From the NCBI GenBank assembly GCA_963810095.1, contig CAWEMM010000001.1, positions 1 to 64,000 of the forward strand: a stretch of 64,000 nucleotides of DNA, given 5' to 3'. The notes under the pieces are model-generated. The model was not told the DNA's origin. It saw only the letters and a list, made by a program, of their open reading frames with translations, and did no database searches. Origin of the DNA: an uncultured Chloroflexia bacterium. Its GTDB lineage: Bacteria; Chloroflexota; Anaerolineae; CG2-30-64-16. Positions 46,242 to 58,535 of this stretch are shown one piece after another. Each line of letters opens with the position of its first letter. Position 1 is the stretch's first letter. A program made the translations under genes and the position numbers.

Positions 46242-47492
46242 ATGTCTGACGTCGCGATCCGGGTCGAGAACCTAGCCAAGCAGTACCGCATCGGGGCCGC
46301 GCAGGTGCGTCACGACACGCTGCGCGACGCGCTGGCGGCTAAGTTCCGCCGCGACGGACGCCATGGCGAGACCAACACGATCTGGGCGCTCAAGGACGTC
46401 TCGTTCGAGGTCAAGCGGGGCGAAGTGGTCGGCGTGATCGGGCGGAACGGCGCGGGCAAGTCGACGCTGCTCAAGATCCTGTCACGCATCACCGAGCCGA
46501 CGAGCGGGCGGGCCGAGATACACGGCCGGGTGGGCAGCCTGCTGGAGGTCGGTACGGGCTTTCATCCCGAGCTGACGGGCCGGGAAAACATCTACCTGAA
46601 CGGCGCGATCCTGGGGATGAAGCGCGCCGAGATCGCCGCGAAGTTCGACGAGATCGTCGCGTTTGCCGAGATCGAGAAGTTCCTCGACACGCCGGTGAAG
46701 CGCTATTCGAGCGGCATGTACGTGCGGCTGGCGTTTGCCGTGGCCGCGCACCTGGAGCCGGAGATCCTGCTGGTGGACGAGGTGCTGGCGGTGGGGGATG
46801 TGGGGTTCCAGAAGAAGTGCCTGGGGAAGATGGGGGACGTGGCGCACGAAGGGCGGACCGTGCTGTTCGTGAGCCATAATCTTCCCGTCGTACGAAACCT
46901 ATGCCGCGTTACTCTGGTATTTGGTGAGGGTCGCCTGGCAAACTACGGATCGACGAACGCGCTCCTGGACGAGTATCAGAGAAGTACGGGCACCCTGGGC
47001 AGCGAACGCACGCTCTCGCGGCGTTCGCAAGGTGAACCCGGAGAACTCGAGTTTGTCGCGATCCGGGTGCAGAGTCCCGGCGAGGCCCCGAGCCAGCAAC
47101 TCGCCCTGAGCAAGGGCGTGGAACTTGAGCTCGATTATGAAATCATCGAGCCGGTAGCTGGCGCGAATGTCTGTTTTCAGCTTTGGAACGCAGACGGAGT
47201 CTGCATACTGACGAGCACGGACGTGGACAGCGCCCCTGAGTCGATCCATGACGAGCGGCTACCCGGCACCTACCGGGCGCGCTGCCGCGTCTCGCCGGAA
47301 TTCCTGAGGCCGGGCGATTACCGCGTGGACCTATCGGCCAGCATTCCTCGTGTGCGTTGGTTGTGCGAGACTGCGCACGCGTTGTCGTTCACGGTCTATG
47401 ACGATGGGAGCGTATGCTCCAAGCTGAATCAGGGCAGGCTCGGGGCTGTTGCGCCGGTTCTGCCGTGGATTTCGGAGCCGTTGGAGGGTTGA
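46242..47492 (+). CDS. wzt: Glycan exporter ATPase with C-terminal Wzt_C domain
   Basis: GRNGAGKST, YSSGMYVRLAF, DEVLAVGD and VSHN motifs, plus about 190 aa C-domain. Confidence 0.93.
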   Translation: MSDVAIRVENLAKQYRIGAAQVRHDTLRDALAAKFRRDGRHGETNTIWALKDVSFEVKRGEVVGVIGRNGAGKSTLLKILSRITEPTSGRAEIHGRVGSLLEVGTGFHPELTGRENIYLNGAILGMKRAEIAAKFDEIVAFAEIEKFLDTPVKRYSSGMYVRLAFAVAAHLEPEILLVDEVLAVGDVGFQKKCLGKMGDVAHEGRTVLFVSHNLPVVRNLCRVTLVFGEGRLANYGSTNALLDEYQRSTGTLGSERTLSRRSQGEPGELEFVAIRVQSPGEAPSQQLALSKGVELELDYEIIEPVAGANVCFQLWNADGVCILTSTDVDSAPESIHDERLPGTYRARCRVSPEFLRPGDYRVDLSASIPRVRWLCETAHALSFTVYDDGSVCSKLNQGRLGAVAPVLPWISEPLEG

Positions 47493-47497
47493 GCAGC

Positions 47498-48778
47498 ATG
47501 TTCAAAGGCGTACGCGACGCGTTGAAGCGGCGGCCAATCATTCTTAGCACCTACCGCCGGTCGCGGGCAGCCGCCCAACATTTGAAGCGTTGGATCATCA
47601 AGCCTCAGCCGCCCCGTTTTCTTGACGTGCAGTTGATTGCCACCGAAACGCCCCTGGCGCGCCGCGCATTGCTCGCATACGTTGCCCCGCCCCTGCCGCT
47701 AACGCCCGAGGACCCGGATTTCTTCTTCGACCGTTCGATCTATACGTGGCACACCTACGTCATCGCGCGTATCCTGAACGAATTGGGGTACACGGTCGAC
47801 ATCATCAACTGGAACGACAAGGATTTCCGACTGCGCCGCACGTATGACCTCTTCTTCGGCCACGGCGGCATGATCTCAGAAAATCTGATGCGCCAGCTTC
47901 CACCCGAGGGCGCGCGCATCATGTGGACATCGACGAGGTACTTTGCGTGCCACAATCGGGAAGAACTGCTCCGTCTCGACGAGCTTGAACGGCGCCGCGG
48001 CGTCCGTCTGCCGCCTGACCGGTTCGTTTATGATAGCGAAGAGTCCGCTCTGACGCATGCCGAGGGCATAATTGGCCTGGGGAACGGCGAGACAGGTGCG
48101 ACATACGCGTCCTTTCCCCGCGTCTGGACGGTCAATAACATGGTGCGGCCGCAATCGGATTTTGACGTGCAGAAGAAGGACTTCGCGTCGGGGCGCTTTC
48201 ACTTCCTGCACTTCTCGGGCATGGGCGCAGTGCAGAAGGGGCTGGACTACCTGCTCGAAGCTTTTCTGACATTGCCGGATTACCACCTCTGGATTGCCAT
48301 GCCGATCGAGCCAGCGTTCGCCCAAGTCTACCATGCTGCGCTCTACGAAACGCCTAACATCCATGTCATGGGAACCATCCGCCCTCGCGACCAGGTGTTC
48401 CTGGGACTCATGAGCAGGTGCAACTTCGTCCTCTCCGCGTCGTGCGGGGAAGGGCAGCCCCACGCGATCCTCGAATGCATGGCCTACGGGCTCATCCCCG
48501 TCGTATCCCACGCGACGGGGATCGACATTGATCCGTTCGGCCGGCTCATCGAGCCCTGCACCATCGGCAAGGTCCGCGAGATGGTCCTGGAACTGTCGTC
48601 CTACGAGGCTGACGAGTGCCGGACATTAGCCGTGGCCGCAATCGAGGCAGCCCGCACCACTTTCACCGAGGCCCGCTTCGAGGCGGGCGTTGCAACCGCT
48701 GTCCGAGAAATCCTCGCCGCGCACCAGACGCGTGTCTCGGGCGATGCCCGGGTCTCGCCCGATCCGAGCCGCGCATGA
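47498..48778 (+). CDS. Glycosyltransferase, GT4 family
   Basis: KGLDYLLEAF and EGQPHAILECMAYGLIPV (Ex7E). Confidence 0.85.
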   Translation: MFKGVRDALKRRPIILSTYRRSRAAAQHLKRWIIKPQPPRFLDVQLIATETPLARRALLAYVAPPLPLTPEDPDFFFDRSIYTWHTYVIARILNELGYTVDIINWNDKDFRLRRTYDLFFGHGGMISENLMRQLPPEGARIMWTSTRYFACHNREELLRLDELERRRGVRLPPDRFVYDSEESALTHAEGIIGLGNGETGATYASFPRVWTVNNMVRPQSDFDVQKKDFASGRFHFLHFSGMGAVQKGLDYLLEAFLTLPDYHLWIAMPIEPAFAQVYHAALYETPNIHVMGTIRPRDQVFLGLMSRCNFVLSASCGEGQPHAILECMAYGLIPVVSHATGIDIDPFGRLIEPCTIGKVREMVLELSSYEADECRTLAVAAIEAARTTFTEARFEAGVATAVREILAAHQTRVSGDARVSPDPSRA

Positions 48779-50272
48779 CGAGCATCTCGCTTCTCAAGGT
48801 CATCCAAGTATCTCTCGTCAGCCTGGTGTTCGCCGCCGCCTTAATACCCGGCGTGGCGGCGCAGTCAGCAGAACCGGGGCGATGGAGCGAAGTCCGCAAC
48901 CTGACCGGTTGGTTGGACCAGCCGGTAGGCCCCCGGTATCCCCGGCTTACAGCCGACGCGGCTGGCACGGGCCATGCTATCTGGGAAGGCTGGGCAGGCC
49001 CTGCACCCGAGTCTTTCGCGGGCAGCAACGCGATCTTCTACAGCCGCTACACGGGCGACGTGTGGAGCGATCCTACCGACATCTTGGCGGCAGGCGGCGA
49101 GGAGTTGCTCGCCGGAAGCGACATCGAAGCGACCCCCGACGGTACAGTCCTTGTACTGTGGACTACTGGAGGATCGGTCGTGTTGAGTCGGGCGCCGGCT
49201 GCTGAGGCCGGCGACGCGCGGGCGTGGAGGAGCCAGGGCATCGTTTCGGGCACTGACGGGAGATTGGCGCAAGACGCAGTCTCGGGGCGCTGGCATCTCA
49301 CAGCCGTCAATGGTGGTAATCTGCAGTTCTGGACCTCTGAAGATCGTGGCGAGACCTGGGACTCGGCCGGGATCGTCTGGGAGGCGGCTCCGGAGTCGCG
49401 CATTGCGGTCAACGGCGACCTGTTGGTCGACCAACACGGCACGCTGCATGCGGTTTGGAGCGAGCACGATCCGACGCAAGGATACGCGGGGGTGGCGATC
49501 TGGCACGGCTGGCAGCCTGCGGGCGAATCCGCAATGCGGGTCCGCGAGGTGGCGCGTCGGGTCACGGAAGGCGCACCCACGATCGCGTCGCCTACAATCG
49601 CGACCTCGGACAGCGGGAACCATCTGCATCGCGTGGAACAACGGGGCGGGCACCAGCACCGGGCGCTTCATGCAATGTTCCTATGACTTGGGCGCCACGT
49701 GGCAGAACACAGAATCTGTGTACCCGGGCTTGAGCGGCCAGACCCGGCAGCCCGGCCTGCTCTTTGACGCCACGGGCGCCCTCCATTTTATTTCAGCCGC
49801 CGAAGGTTTCGGTGACGCCCGAGGCGTGCTCCGATACGGGACGTATGCCAACGGCCGGTGGTCTCCGTTGACCAGCGTGGCTTCCGACGCGTTTCCTGGC
49901 GAGTTTCCAAGCGCGACCGTAGCCGGAGGGAACCAGCTCTTGGTAGTATGGAATGCCCTGCGGTCGAGCGCCGGTGGAGGCTCCGACCGCGCCATCGCTT
50001 TTTCCAGCACACGGATCGCTGCTCCCGAGATTAGCCCGCCCGGTTTTGCTCACCTGTCTCCCCAGGCGCCGACCTCGACCGGCGAGCCGGTTGCCACTCG
50101 CATCGCCCCCACTCGCTCAACAGACCCGCCCGCGCCGCTTGTTGCATCCGGCCGCGTACCCGTGACGGTGCCCCGCGGCCGAACGGATCTTGGCCTGCCG
50201 CTGGCGGTGCTGAGTTCCGCTCTCGTGGTCGGGGTGGTCGTCGTCGCACAGTTTATCCGGCGGCGCCGCTGA
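48775..50272 (+). CDS. Secreted BNR/sialidase-like beta-propeller with C-terminal membrane anchor; indel near 49620
   Basis: Signal peptide; Asp-boxes SEDRGETW and SYDLGATW; C-terminal TM plus RRRR. Confidence 0.75.
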
Positions 50273-51474
50273 TGACCGAGCCCAGCGACACCCGCATGAG
50301 CGGCCTGACGATCTCAGTGGTGACGCCGTCGTTCAACAGCGTGCACACCATCGGCCGCACCATCGCTAGCGTCGAGGCGCAGGACTACCCCGCGCTGGAG
50401 CACATCATCATGGACGGCGGGTCGGCCGATGGGACAATCGGCGTCCTCCAACTTCATCGTCACCTCCGCTGGGTATCCGAGCCTGATCGGGGGCAGGCCC
50501 ACACGGTGAACAAAGCCGTGGCGCTGGCCCAAGGCGACATAGTCGGTTGGCTGAACTCCGACGACACCTATTGTCCCGGCGCCCTAGGTCAGGTGGCTGG
50601 CTACTTGTCCGCTCATCCCGAATGCGACGTCGTCGTGGGCCGCTGCAACATCATCGACGAGAACGATCGGGTGCTGGGGCGATTGACGGCAGCGCGCTAC
50701 GGCATTGCGGAGGATCTGCTCGAACACCGCCTGCCGCAGCCTTCGGGGTTCATGCGACGCAAAGCGTTCATGGAAGTGGGCGGGCTCGACGAGTCGCTGG
50801 CCTACGTGATGGACCGTGATCTATTTCTACGGTTGGGCCTGGCCGGCCGCATCGATACGATCGACGCGCCGTGGGCGAACTTCCGCGTTTGTGAGGGCAC
50901 GAAGACAACTTCGCACCCTGAGCGCTTCTGGCTCGAAACGTTAGGGGTTTTCGAGCGCTTCTTCAGCCGTGGCGATCTTCCGGCGGCAGCGCGGGCGGTC
51001 GAACGGCAGGTGACGGCTCGTGCGCTTTGGAACGCCGGCGTCCTGCTGCTAGCCGGCACCGACCCACTGGAGCAGGCGCAAGGAGCGATGTACTGCCGGC
51101 AGGCCCTCGACACCTACGACCTGACCGAGCACGATCTGCGGTTTCTTCAGGAGATGACGACGCACTGGGCCGCGGTACGCCGCCGCGACGATCCCATGTC
51201 CGTCGTGCAGGCGGTGCTCGATGTGACCAGGAGCGAGCGGACCCGCGATGAGCGGCTGCGGCGGGCGCTTACGTCGCATGCGGCGATCAACCTGTACATG
51301 GGCACTCTTAAGGCGGGGGAGTCGGCCGCCAGCCGTCAACGCCTGATGTATCTCGCGGCCGCATTGTGCGCTGAACCCAAGTGGGCGGCGAACCGGGGAG
51401 TGTGGTCCCGACTCATAAAGCACCTGTTGAGCTTGCCAGTGGCGGCACCTGGCATAGGAGTCGGCCTTGGCTAG
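50272..51474 (+). CDS. Glycosyltransferase, GT2 family
   Basis: SVVTPSFN, DGGSADGT and GWLNSDD motifs. Confidence 0.9.
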   Translation: MTEPSDTRMSGLTISVVTPSFNSVHTIGRTIASVEAQDYPALEHIIMDGGSADGTIGVLQLHRHLRWVSEPDRGQAHTVNKAVALAQGDIVGWLNSDDTYCPGALGQVAGYLSAHPECDVVVGRCNIIDENDRVLGRLTAARYGIAEDLLEHRLPQPSGFMRRKAFMEVGGLDESLAYVMDRDLFLRLGLAGRIDTIDAPWANFRVCEGTKTTSHPERFWLETLGVFERFFSRGDLPAAARAVERQVTARALWNAGVLLLAGTDPLEQAQGAMYCRQALDTYDLTEHDLRFLQEMTTHWAAVRRRDDPMSVVQAVLDVTRSERTRDERLRRALTSHAAINLYMGTLKAGESAASRQRLMYLAAALCAEPKWAANRGVWSRLIKHLLSLPVAAPGIGVGLG

Positions 51475-52594
51475 GGTCAGTGTCATTATGCCGACATTTA
51501 ATGCGGCCTGCTTTATCGATCGGGCGATTGACAGCGTTCTCAACCAGACCTACGCCGACTGGGAACTGCTCGTTGTGGACGATGGATCAACTGATGACAC
51601 CGAAGACCGGGTCAAAGGACGCGAAGACGCTCGGATCAAGTACCTCTATCAGGCCAACCAGGGTGCTGCTTGTGCACGCGATCTCGGTCTGAAGGAGTCT
51701 GGCGGGGACTACGCTATCTTCCTCGATTCCGACGATTGGTGGGAGCCCGACTGCCTAGGCATCTTGGTGGGCGCCCTGAGTCGGGCCGATAGTAGCGTGG
51801 CAGTAGCCCATGCAGACTGGCAATACGTTAGCGGCTCCGGCACGTGCATCAACGCGGTAAGCAGCGCCATGGACGGGAATCATGCTCTCGCCACCCTGGT
51901 GTTGCGTAATCCTATTGCCATCCATTGCGCCCTCACCAGACGAGCCGCATTTGAAACGATCCACGGCTTCCCTGTGGAGCAACCTTCCTTGGAAGACTGG
52001 GAACTGTGGCTGCGAATCGCCGTTGCAGGTTATAGCTTTGTGCACGTCCCACAACAGCTGGCCTCGTATTACTGGCGTACTGGAAGCAAGGGGAAGGACC
52101 GGGCCAAGCGCAAAGCCGGACGGCTAGCGACGCTGCAACGGGTGTGGGCGATGAAGGGCCTTCCGCATCAACTTCGCCGCGTTGGAGCGCAAGTCCTATG
52201 GGACCGCCTATATTGACTTCTGTGTCTCGGCTTTTGAAGACCAGAAGGATGTCGATGCCTTGAGCGAACTGGAGACGGCGATAGACTACGATCCCGATGT
52301 TGGCAATAGCATCGATACGTTCTATCGCATTGCGTTTGCGACCTACCCCTCCGAGTCCGAGTTTAGCAAAACGGAGGCAGAGAGCCGCGTCGAGTGCTCT
52401 CTTTGCACCTAGGTAGCGCTCGCCCCCGCGCTTTCGAGCAAGCGCGTGTGCAGCCCACCAAGCGCTGGCGATGGCCTGCCTCTCGAATGGCTACAAAGCC
52501 GACGCTCGGCGTCACCTGCTAGAATCTGTCAAGCAAGAGCCGCGCCCTGTTGACGCGCACATTTCCTGTCCTGATTGCCAGGGCAATTGTCTGA
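51467..52594 (+). CDS. Glycosyltransferase, GT2 family; C-terminal half broken by indels, end approximate
   Basis: SVIMPTFN, VDDGSTDDT, FLDSDD and EDWELWLR; continuation in ORFs 52182 and 52471. Confidence 0.75.
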
Positions 52595-52622
52595 TCGCGC
52601 GTACTCTATTTCAGGTCCTCCG

Positions 52623-53564
52623 ATGCTCGCGCCTCAATGTGCCACAACGCAGGACACGGAAGCCGGTCGGCCTGGCAGGGCCAATCGGCCGCCCAAGCTT
52701 AGCGTCTGCATCCCCGTCTTCAACCCTGGACCGTACCTGTCGCTGGCCCTAAACAGCGTCCTGACCCAAGATTACGATGATTTCGAGGTCATCGTCGTAG
52801 ACGATTGCTCAACTCAACCCCTCGGGATGCCGACCGTTGAAGGTGCCAGCCATAGATTCGCCCTTTATCGAAATCAACACAACCTCGGGCTGGTGGAGAA
52901 CTGGAACCAGTGCTTGCGGCTTCCGCGGGGCGAATACATCGCCCTCTTCCACCAAGATGACATCATGCTCGCGAGCAATCTAGCCGCTAAGGCGGACCTT
53001 CTTGACTTGTGTGGCAGTGTCGGACTGGTGCACTCCGATGTTTTCACAATCGATGACAAAGGTTCGATTATCGGCGGACACTGGGCCACGCAACCAAGCA
53101 ACGATCGAGTGCGGTCGGGTATTCTTGCCTACGAATACCTCGCCACTCACGGGAACCACATCTCCTGCCCTTCAGTCGTAGCAAGAGCCGAGTGCTACCG
53201 TACATTAGGGGGATTCGACCCCCGGTTGCCCTTCACATGCGATCTTGAGATGTGGATGCGTATCGCCACAAGCTACGACATCGGTTATATCGACTCCCCC
53301 CTGGTCGCAAGTAGGAGCCACCCCGCACAAGCGACTCAACGCTACAGCGGTTGGGGTCACGACGTGCAGGAGGTGCGACGAGCGCTGCGGATAGCCCTCG
53401 TTGAGCACGCGCCTGCCGGGGTCTCGCCGACGCTTCGTCAAGACGCAAAACGCAACCTAATCAACTGGGCATGGGCCATGGGCCGCTGGAAGCTTCGTCA
53501 AGGCCACTGGCGGGCTGCCCTAGGGTACTTCGAAGCGCTATTCGAAGCGCTGGTGTTGATTTAG
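52623..53564 (+). CDS. Glycosyltransferase, GT2 family
   Basis: SVCIPVFN, VDDCST, FHQDD and CDLEMWMR motifs. Confidence 0.88.
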   Translation: MLAPQCATTQDTEAGRPGRANRPPKLSVCIPVFNPGPYLSLALNSVLTQDYDDFEVIVVDDCSTQPLGMPTVEGASHRFALYRNQHNLGLVENWNQCLRLPRGEYIALFHQDDIMLASNLAAKADLLDLCGSVGLVHSDVFTIDDKGSIIGGHWATQPSNDRVRSGILAYEYLATHGNHISCPSVVARAECYRTLGGFDPRLPFTCDLEMWMRIATSYDIGYIDSPLVASRSHPAQATQRYSGWGHDVQEVRRALRIALVEHAPAGVSPTLRQDAKRNLINWAWAMGRWKLRQGHWRAALGYFEALFEALVLI

Positions 53565-53603
53565 CCATGCCAGATTTGCGGCCGGACAGCGGGTGTTGGC
53601 CTT

Positions 53604-54886
53604 ATGATCCCTGAGGCCAGGAGCTTACGGCTGCTGTTCGTCTCCAACTACTACCCACCGTACGAGATCGGCGGCTATGAGCAGTTGTGCCGCGACGTGG
53701 CCGAGGCACTGTGTACCGCGGCCACGAAGTGCTAGTTTTGGCAAGCGACTTCGGGGTGAGCAGCAGTGACCAGGGCCTGCAAGAGAGCGGAGTTCGCCGC
53801 ACATTAGCGCTGCACATCGCGTATCAGGACCGCACACCGATCCCGCTCCAGTTCGTCTGGAGGCGACCGTTGGTGGCTCGGCGCGACCAGCGCCTGCTGC
53901 GCCGGTCCGCGGCGGAGTTCCAGCCTGACGTCGTCTGCTTCTGGAACACGGAATGCCTGCCCCGCAACTTAGCGGCCGTTGCGGAAGCCCTACCCGGCGT
54001 TGGCGTCGCTTACTGGCTGGCCGGGCGGTCGCCGGCCGCCCTAGATGAGTACGACCTTTACTGGCAGGTAGCAGGACGCTCTCGCTCCGCCCGTGCGTTC
54101 AAGGCGGTGTTTCGCACGCCAGCACGCGCATGGTGTGCGCACTCTGCACACGCTCGGCGCCCCCAGATGCGGCACGTCGGCGTCGTAAGCGCGTACCTGC
54201 GCCGAGCAGGACTCGCCGCAGGGACACTCCCCGCCACTTCAGAGGTAATCCCTAACGGCGTGGAGGTGCGGAATTTCTTCTGCCCAATCACGACCGGGCC
54301 GCTGGCCGAGCTGCGACTCATTCTGGCAGGTCGTCTGGCGCCCGACAAAGGTGTGCACGTCGCGATCGATGCGCTGGCGCAGGTGCGGGCCGCTATGCCA
54401 CAGGCTGGGGTCCGGTTGAAGATCGTCGGCGGAGGCCCACAGGACTACTGGGACGAGCTGCGCCGGGCCGTCGGCCGGCACGGTCTCGATCCGTTTGTCG
54501 AGTTCGCCGGCAAGATCCCGCGGGCCGAAATGCCCGCCGTCCTCCGCGATCAGCACGTCCTGCTGTTGCCCACGCTCGTCGAAGAAGCGTTTCCGCGGGT
54601 CGTGCTGGAGGGGATGGCTGCAGGCCTGGCCGTCGTGGCGGCTGACACGGGAGGCACCCGAGAGCTAGTCGTGCACGAAGTGACGGGCCTCTTGTGTCCG
54701 CCCGGCGATCCCGCCGCCCTCGCACAGCAGATCCTGCGCCTCATGCGGCAGCCGGGCCTGCGCACCGAGCTTGCAGCGAACGGGCAGCGCCGCGTCGTTG
54801 CCGAGTTCTCGCTTGAGCGCATGGTGGACCGGGTCGAGGCGCTCCTAGTCGGTGCCGCAAGCTCGGCTGATAGGCGCCGAGCATGA
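53604..54886 (+). CDS. Glycosyltransferase, GT4 family; indel near 53716
   Basis: LFVSNYYPPYEIGGYE N-terminus; GRLAPDKG and EAFPRVVLEGMAAG. Confidence 0.85.
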
Positions 54887-56075
54887 ACGTGCTCTTCATC
54901 TCGGCGTGGCACCCTGAGCCGCAAGACAACGGCTCGAAGCTGCGGGTCTATCATCTGCTGGCAGCACTGGCCGAGAAGCATTCGGTCACGCTCTGCTCGT
55001 TTGCCTGGGGCGGTGCTTTGCCCTTACGGAAGGCACAGTTGGAGGCCCTGGGCATTCGGGTCCACGCGCTCGAGATCGATCCGTTCGCCGCAAACGCTGT
55101 GGCGCCGCTGCGCACATTTGTCTCGCCTGCCCGCGGCTTGCCCGGCCTATTCCCGCCATGGCCGAGCTGGCCGGCAACCTGGCCTCCGGTGAGCGGTTTG
55201 ACACGGTGATTGCCTCGACCGAAGTCACGGCGTGCTACGCACTGTCGGCGGGCGGGCCGGCCGCCCGCATCCTGGAGGAACACAATTCGCTGTCGCGGTG
55301 GCTGCACGAGCGGATGGCGGCGGAACGTACGCCGGTCGCCCGTGCCAGGGCCTGGGCCAGCTGGCGGAAGGCGCGGGGCTTTGAGGCGGCGCTCTTCCCG
55401 CAATTCGACCTGGTCACCATGGTTTCCGCGCTCGATCAGGCGTACAGCCAGGACCTGACCGGAGGCGCGGGTGTATCGAGATCCTCCCGAACGGCGTCGA
55501 CTGCGAACGCAACCGGCCGAGCCGCCGCTCGGACGAACGCGCCACGGCTCGTCTTCAACGGCTCGCTGACCTATGCCGCGAACTATGACGCCGTGCGCTG
55601 GTTCCTGGCCGAGATCTATTTGCGGGTCAAGCGGGCGGTGCCCGGCGTCTCCCTCACCATCACCGGATCGACCGAAGGGGTACGGCTGGCCGACCTCGCG
55701 CTGGACGACAGCGTGGTCCTCACCGGGTTCGTGGAGGACGTCCGCATAGCGGTCACGAACGCGTCCGTTTGCGTTGTGCCACTCCGGCTAGGCGGCGGAA
55801 CCCGGCTTAAAGTCTTGGAGGCCATGGCGCTGGGCACGCCCGTCGTGACGACGGCAAAGGGAGCCGAGGGATTGCAGGCCGTGGACGGCGAGCACCTACT
55901 TTTGGCCGAAAGCGCCGAGGCATTTGCATTGCGCACCACGCAGCTTCTGACCGATGCGCCGCTGCGCGCCCGACTGGCCGAGCACGCTCGCCGGCTCGCC
56001 GAGACACGGTACGACTGGGCTGCCATCGGCCGGACATACGTGGCGCTCGTCGAACGCACGGTGAACGGCCGTGGG
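54883..56075 (+). CDS. Glycosyltransferase, GT4 family; several indels, end approximate
   Basis: PQDNGSKLRVYH, FNGSLTY..NYDA and GGGTRLKVLEAMALG motifs. Confidence 0.8.
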
Positions 56076-57550
56076 TCGCCGGCCCGCTTCCGCCCCAGGT
56101 CCCACGTTGCTGCGGCCGGCAGTCGTGGGGCTGGTCCTTCTGGCGGCGGCGGTGCTGGGGCAGCGCGCCTCCATGCGCTACCTGGCCCTCGGCGTCGTCG
56201 TGCTGGGCGCCCTCGCACTCCTCAGGCAGCCGCGCCTCGGGCTGCTGCTGTTGGTTGCCGCCGCGCTCATCTTTCGCCTCGAGTTTGGCACCGGTACCGA
56301 GGTGAGCCTCAACCCCGTGACACTGCTCGTCCCGGTCGTGCTTGCCATCTGGGTTCTGTCCATGGTCGTGCGCGGCCGGGTCCGCCCGGCACCTAGCTCG
56401 ACGAACCGGCCGCTGGTTCTGTTCGTGCTCGCCGGTTTGCTTTCGCTCCTGGTGGGCATCGCGACGTGGGACCCGCTCGTACCGCGCCGAGACAGCTTCC
56501 TCCTGGTCCAGCTGGCGCAGTGGGCCATCTTTGCTCTCTCGGCCGGCGCCTTCTGGCTGAGCGCAAACCTAATCGTCGAAGAGAAATGGCTCCGGCGCAT
56601 GACCTTTCTCTTCCTCTGGATCGCGGGCGGGTTCACGATTGCCCGGCATCTGCCTGGCCTGGGTAGCCTGACGGACCGCTTCACGACCCTGGCCTTCACC
56701 CGGGCGCCGCTCTGGATTCTCCTGACTTCGCTTGCGGCGGGCCAGCTCCTTTTCAATACCGAACTGGAGACGGCGCCGCGACTGGGGCTCGCAGCCATTG
56801 TCGTGAGCAGCCTGGTCTACACGTTCGTCGAGCAGCAAGAGGTGATGTCGAACTGGCTCGGACTCGGCGTCGCGCTGGCCGTCCTATTCTGGCTCCGCTT
56901 TCCACGCCTGCGCGTGCCGGTTGTCATCGTCGTCGGACTGCTGGCGCTCTCCGGCATTCTATTTCCATCGGTTTACGCATTTGCCGGCGGCGACCAGGAA
57001 TGGGCTCTAAGCGGAAGCTCGCGCTTGACCTTGATCGGCCGGGTCCTGAGCGTCACCCGGCGAAACCCGATCACGGGGCTAGGCCCAGCGGCGTATCGGC
57101 TGTATGCGAGCATGGAGCCGCTGGCCTACGGAAAGGCGTACTGGCTCCAACCCCAGGTGAACTCGCACAACAACTACGTCGACATGTTCGCACACACCGG
57201 GTTGCTGGGGCTGGCGCTCTTTGCCTGGTTCGTGGTTGAGTTGCTCCGGCGTCGGCCGGCGGGCGCTGCGCAAACAGCCGGGGGGCTTTCTCGGCGGCTA
57301 CACCAGCGGCATCCTTGCGGCGACAGTTGCCTCGCTCGCGCTGATGATGTTGGCCGATTGGATCCTGCCCTTCGTGTACAACATCGGCTTTCCGGGGTTC
57401 CAGGCCAGCGTCCTGGTATGGCTGTTCATGGGCGGACTGGTGGCCATCGACAACATGAGCCCGACGGCGACCGCCTGCGGCCAGCAGCCGGCGCTCCCGT
57501 TCCGTCCGCAGGCGCACGCCGCCCGGAAGGTTTCCGGCAGTGGCAGTTGA
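56071..57550 (+). CDS. O-antigen ligase / Wzy-like membrane protein; indel near 57255
   Basis: Many TMs; NPITGLGPA.Y and SHNNYVD..AHTGLLGL motifs. Confidence 0.8.
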
Positions 57551-58535
57551 CCGCACCCTGCGGGGCGCGACCGCCGCTCGGGCCGCCCCCGACCCGCCTG
57601 GGGAGGCCGCGGGCACACGCTGTGATGTCTCGGTTGTGATCGTCAATTGGAACACCCGCGACCTGCTGGATCGCTGCCTTTGCAGCCTGGAGCACGAGCT
57701 CGACGACGCAGCCCTGACCGGCGAGATCTGGGTGGTCGACAATGCGTCCTCGGATGGATCGGTCGAGCGGGTGCGAGCGCACCATCCGGCCGTGCGGCTG
57801 ATCGAGAACCCGGAGAATACGGGGTTTGCGCAGGCCAACAACCAAGCTCTCAGACAGGCCGCCGGGGTCCGACTCTTGCTCCTAAACAGCGACACGGAGG
57901 TCATGCCCGGCGCATTGTCCGTGCTGCTCGCCTGCCTGGGCCGGCACCCGCGGGCCGGGCTGGTCGCGCCGCAGCTGATCCATGCCGACGGTTCGTTCCA
58001 GGCGGGCCCGGCCCGCTTTCCCTCCTGGTGGAGCACCTCCGTCGAGGCGTGGGGGCTGATGCGGCGACTGACCTGCAATCCGTACTACCCGAGTTCTCGT
58101 CCTCGACCGGGCGAGCAGGCGCGGCTTGTGGATTGGGTTGGCGGCGCGTGCCTGCTCGCCCGCCGCGAAGCGATACGGGAGGTTGGCCTGCTCGATGAGG
58201 CCTTCTTTATGAACAGCGAAGAGGTCGATTGGTGCTTCCGCATGCGGCGCGCCGGCTGGGAGGTGTGGTACGAGCCGGCGGCCACCATCATACACCTGGG
58301 GGGCGCGAGCGCGGCCCGCACGAGCGCGGTGCAGCGGAAGCGCAACTATCGCGGCAAGACGCAGTTTCTGCGCAAACACCGGGGCGCGCTGGCAGCCCTG
58401 CTGGCCGAGGCCAACCTGCGAGCTTCGTCGGCAGCTAAGGCCGTGGCGTTCGGAGCCCAGGGCTACATCGGTCGAGATACGGGCGCCCGGTTGCAGGCTA
58501 AAGCCCACTGGCGGGTGGCCACAGAACAATGGTGA
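57540..58535 (+). CDS. Glycosyltransferase, GT2 family (WbbL-like)
   Basis: VIVNWN, VDNASSDGS, GFAQANN, LLNSD and FMNSEEVDWC motifs. Confidence 0.9.
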   Translation: MAVDRTLRGATAARAAPDPPGEAAGTRCDVSVVIVNWNTRDLLDRCLCSLEHELDDAALTGEIWVVDNASSDGSVERVRAHHPAVRLIENPENTGFAQANNQALRQAAGVRLLLLNSDTEVMPGALSVLLACLGRHPRAGLVAPQLIHADGSFQAGPARFPSWWSTSVEAWGLMRRLTCNPYYPSSRPRPGEQARLVDWVGGACLLARREAIREVGLLDEAFFMNSEEVDWCFRMRRAGWEVWYEPAATIIHLGGASAARTSAVQRKRNYRGKTQFLRKHRGALAALLAEANLRASSAAKAVAFGAQGYIGRDTGARLQAKAHWRVATEQW

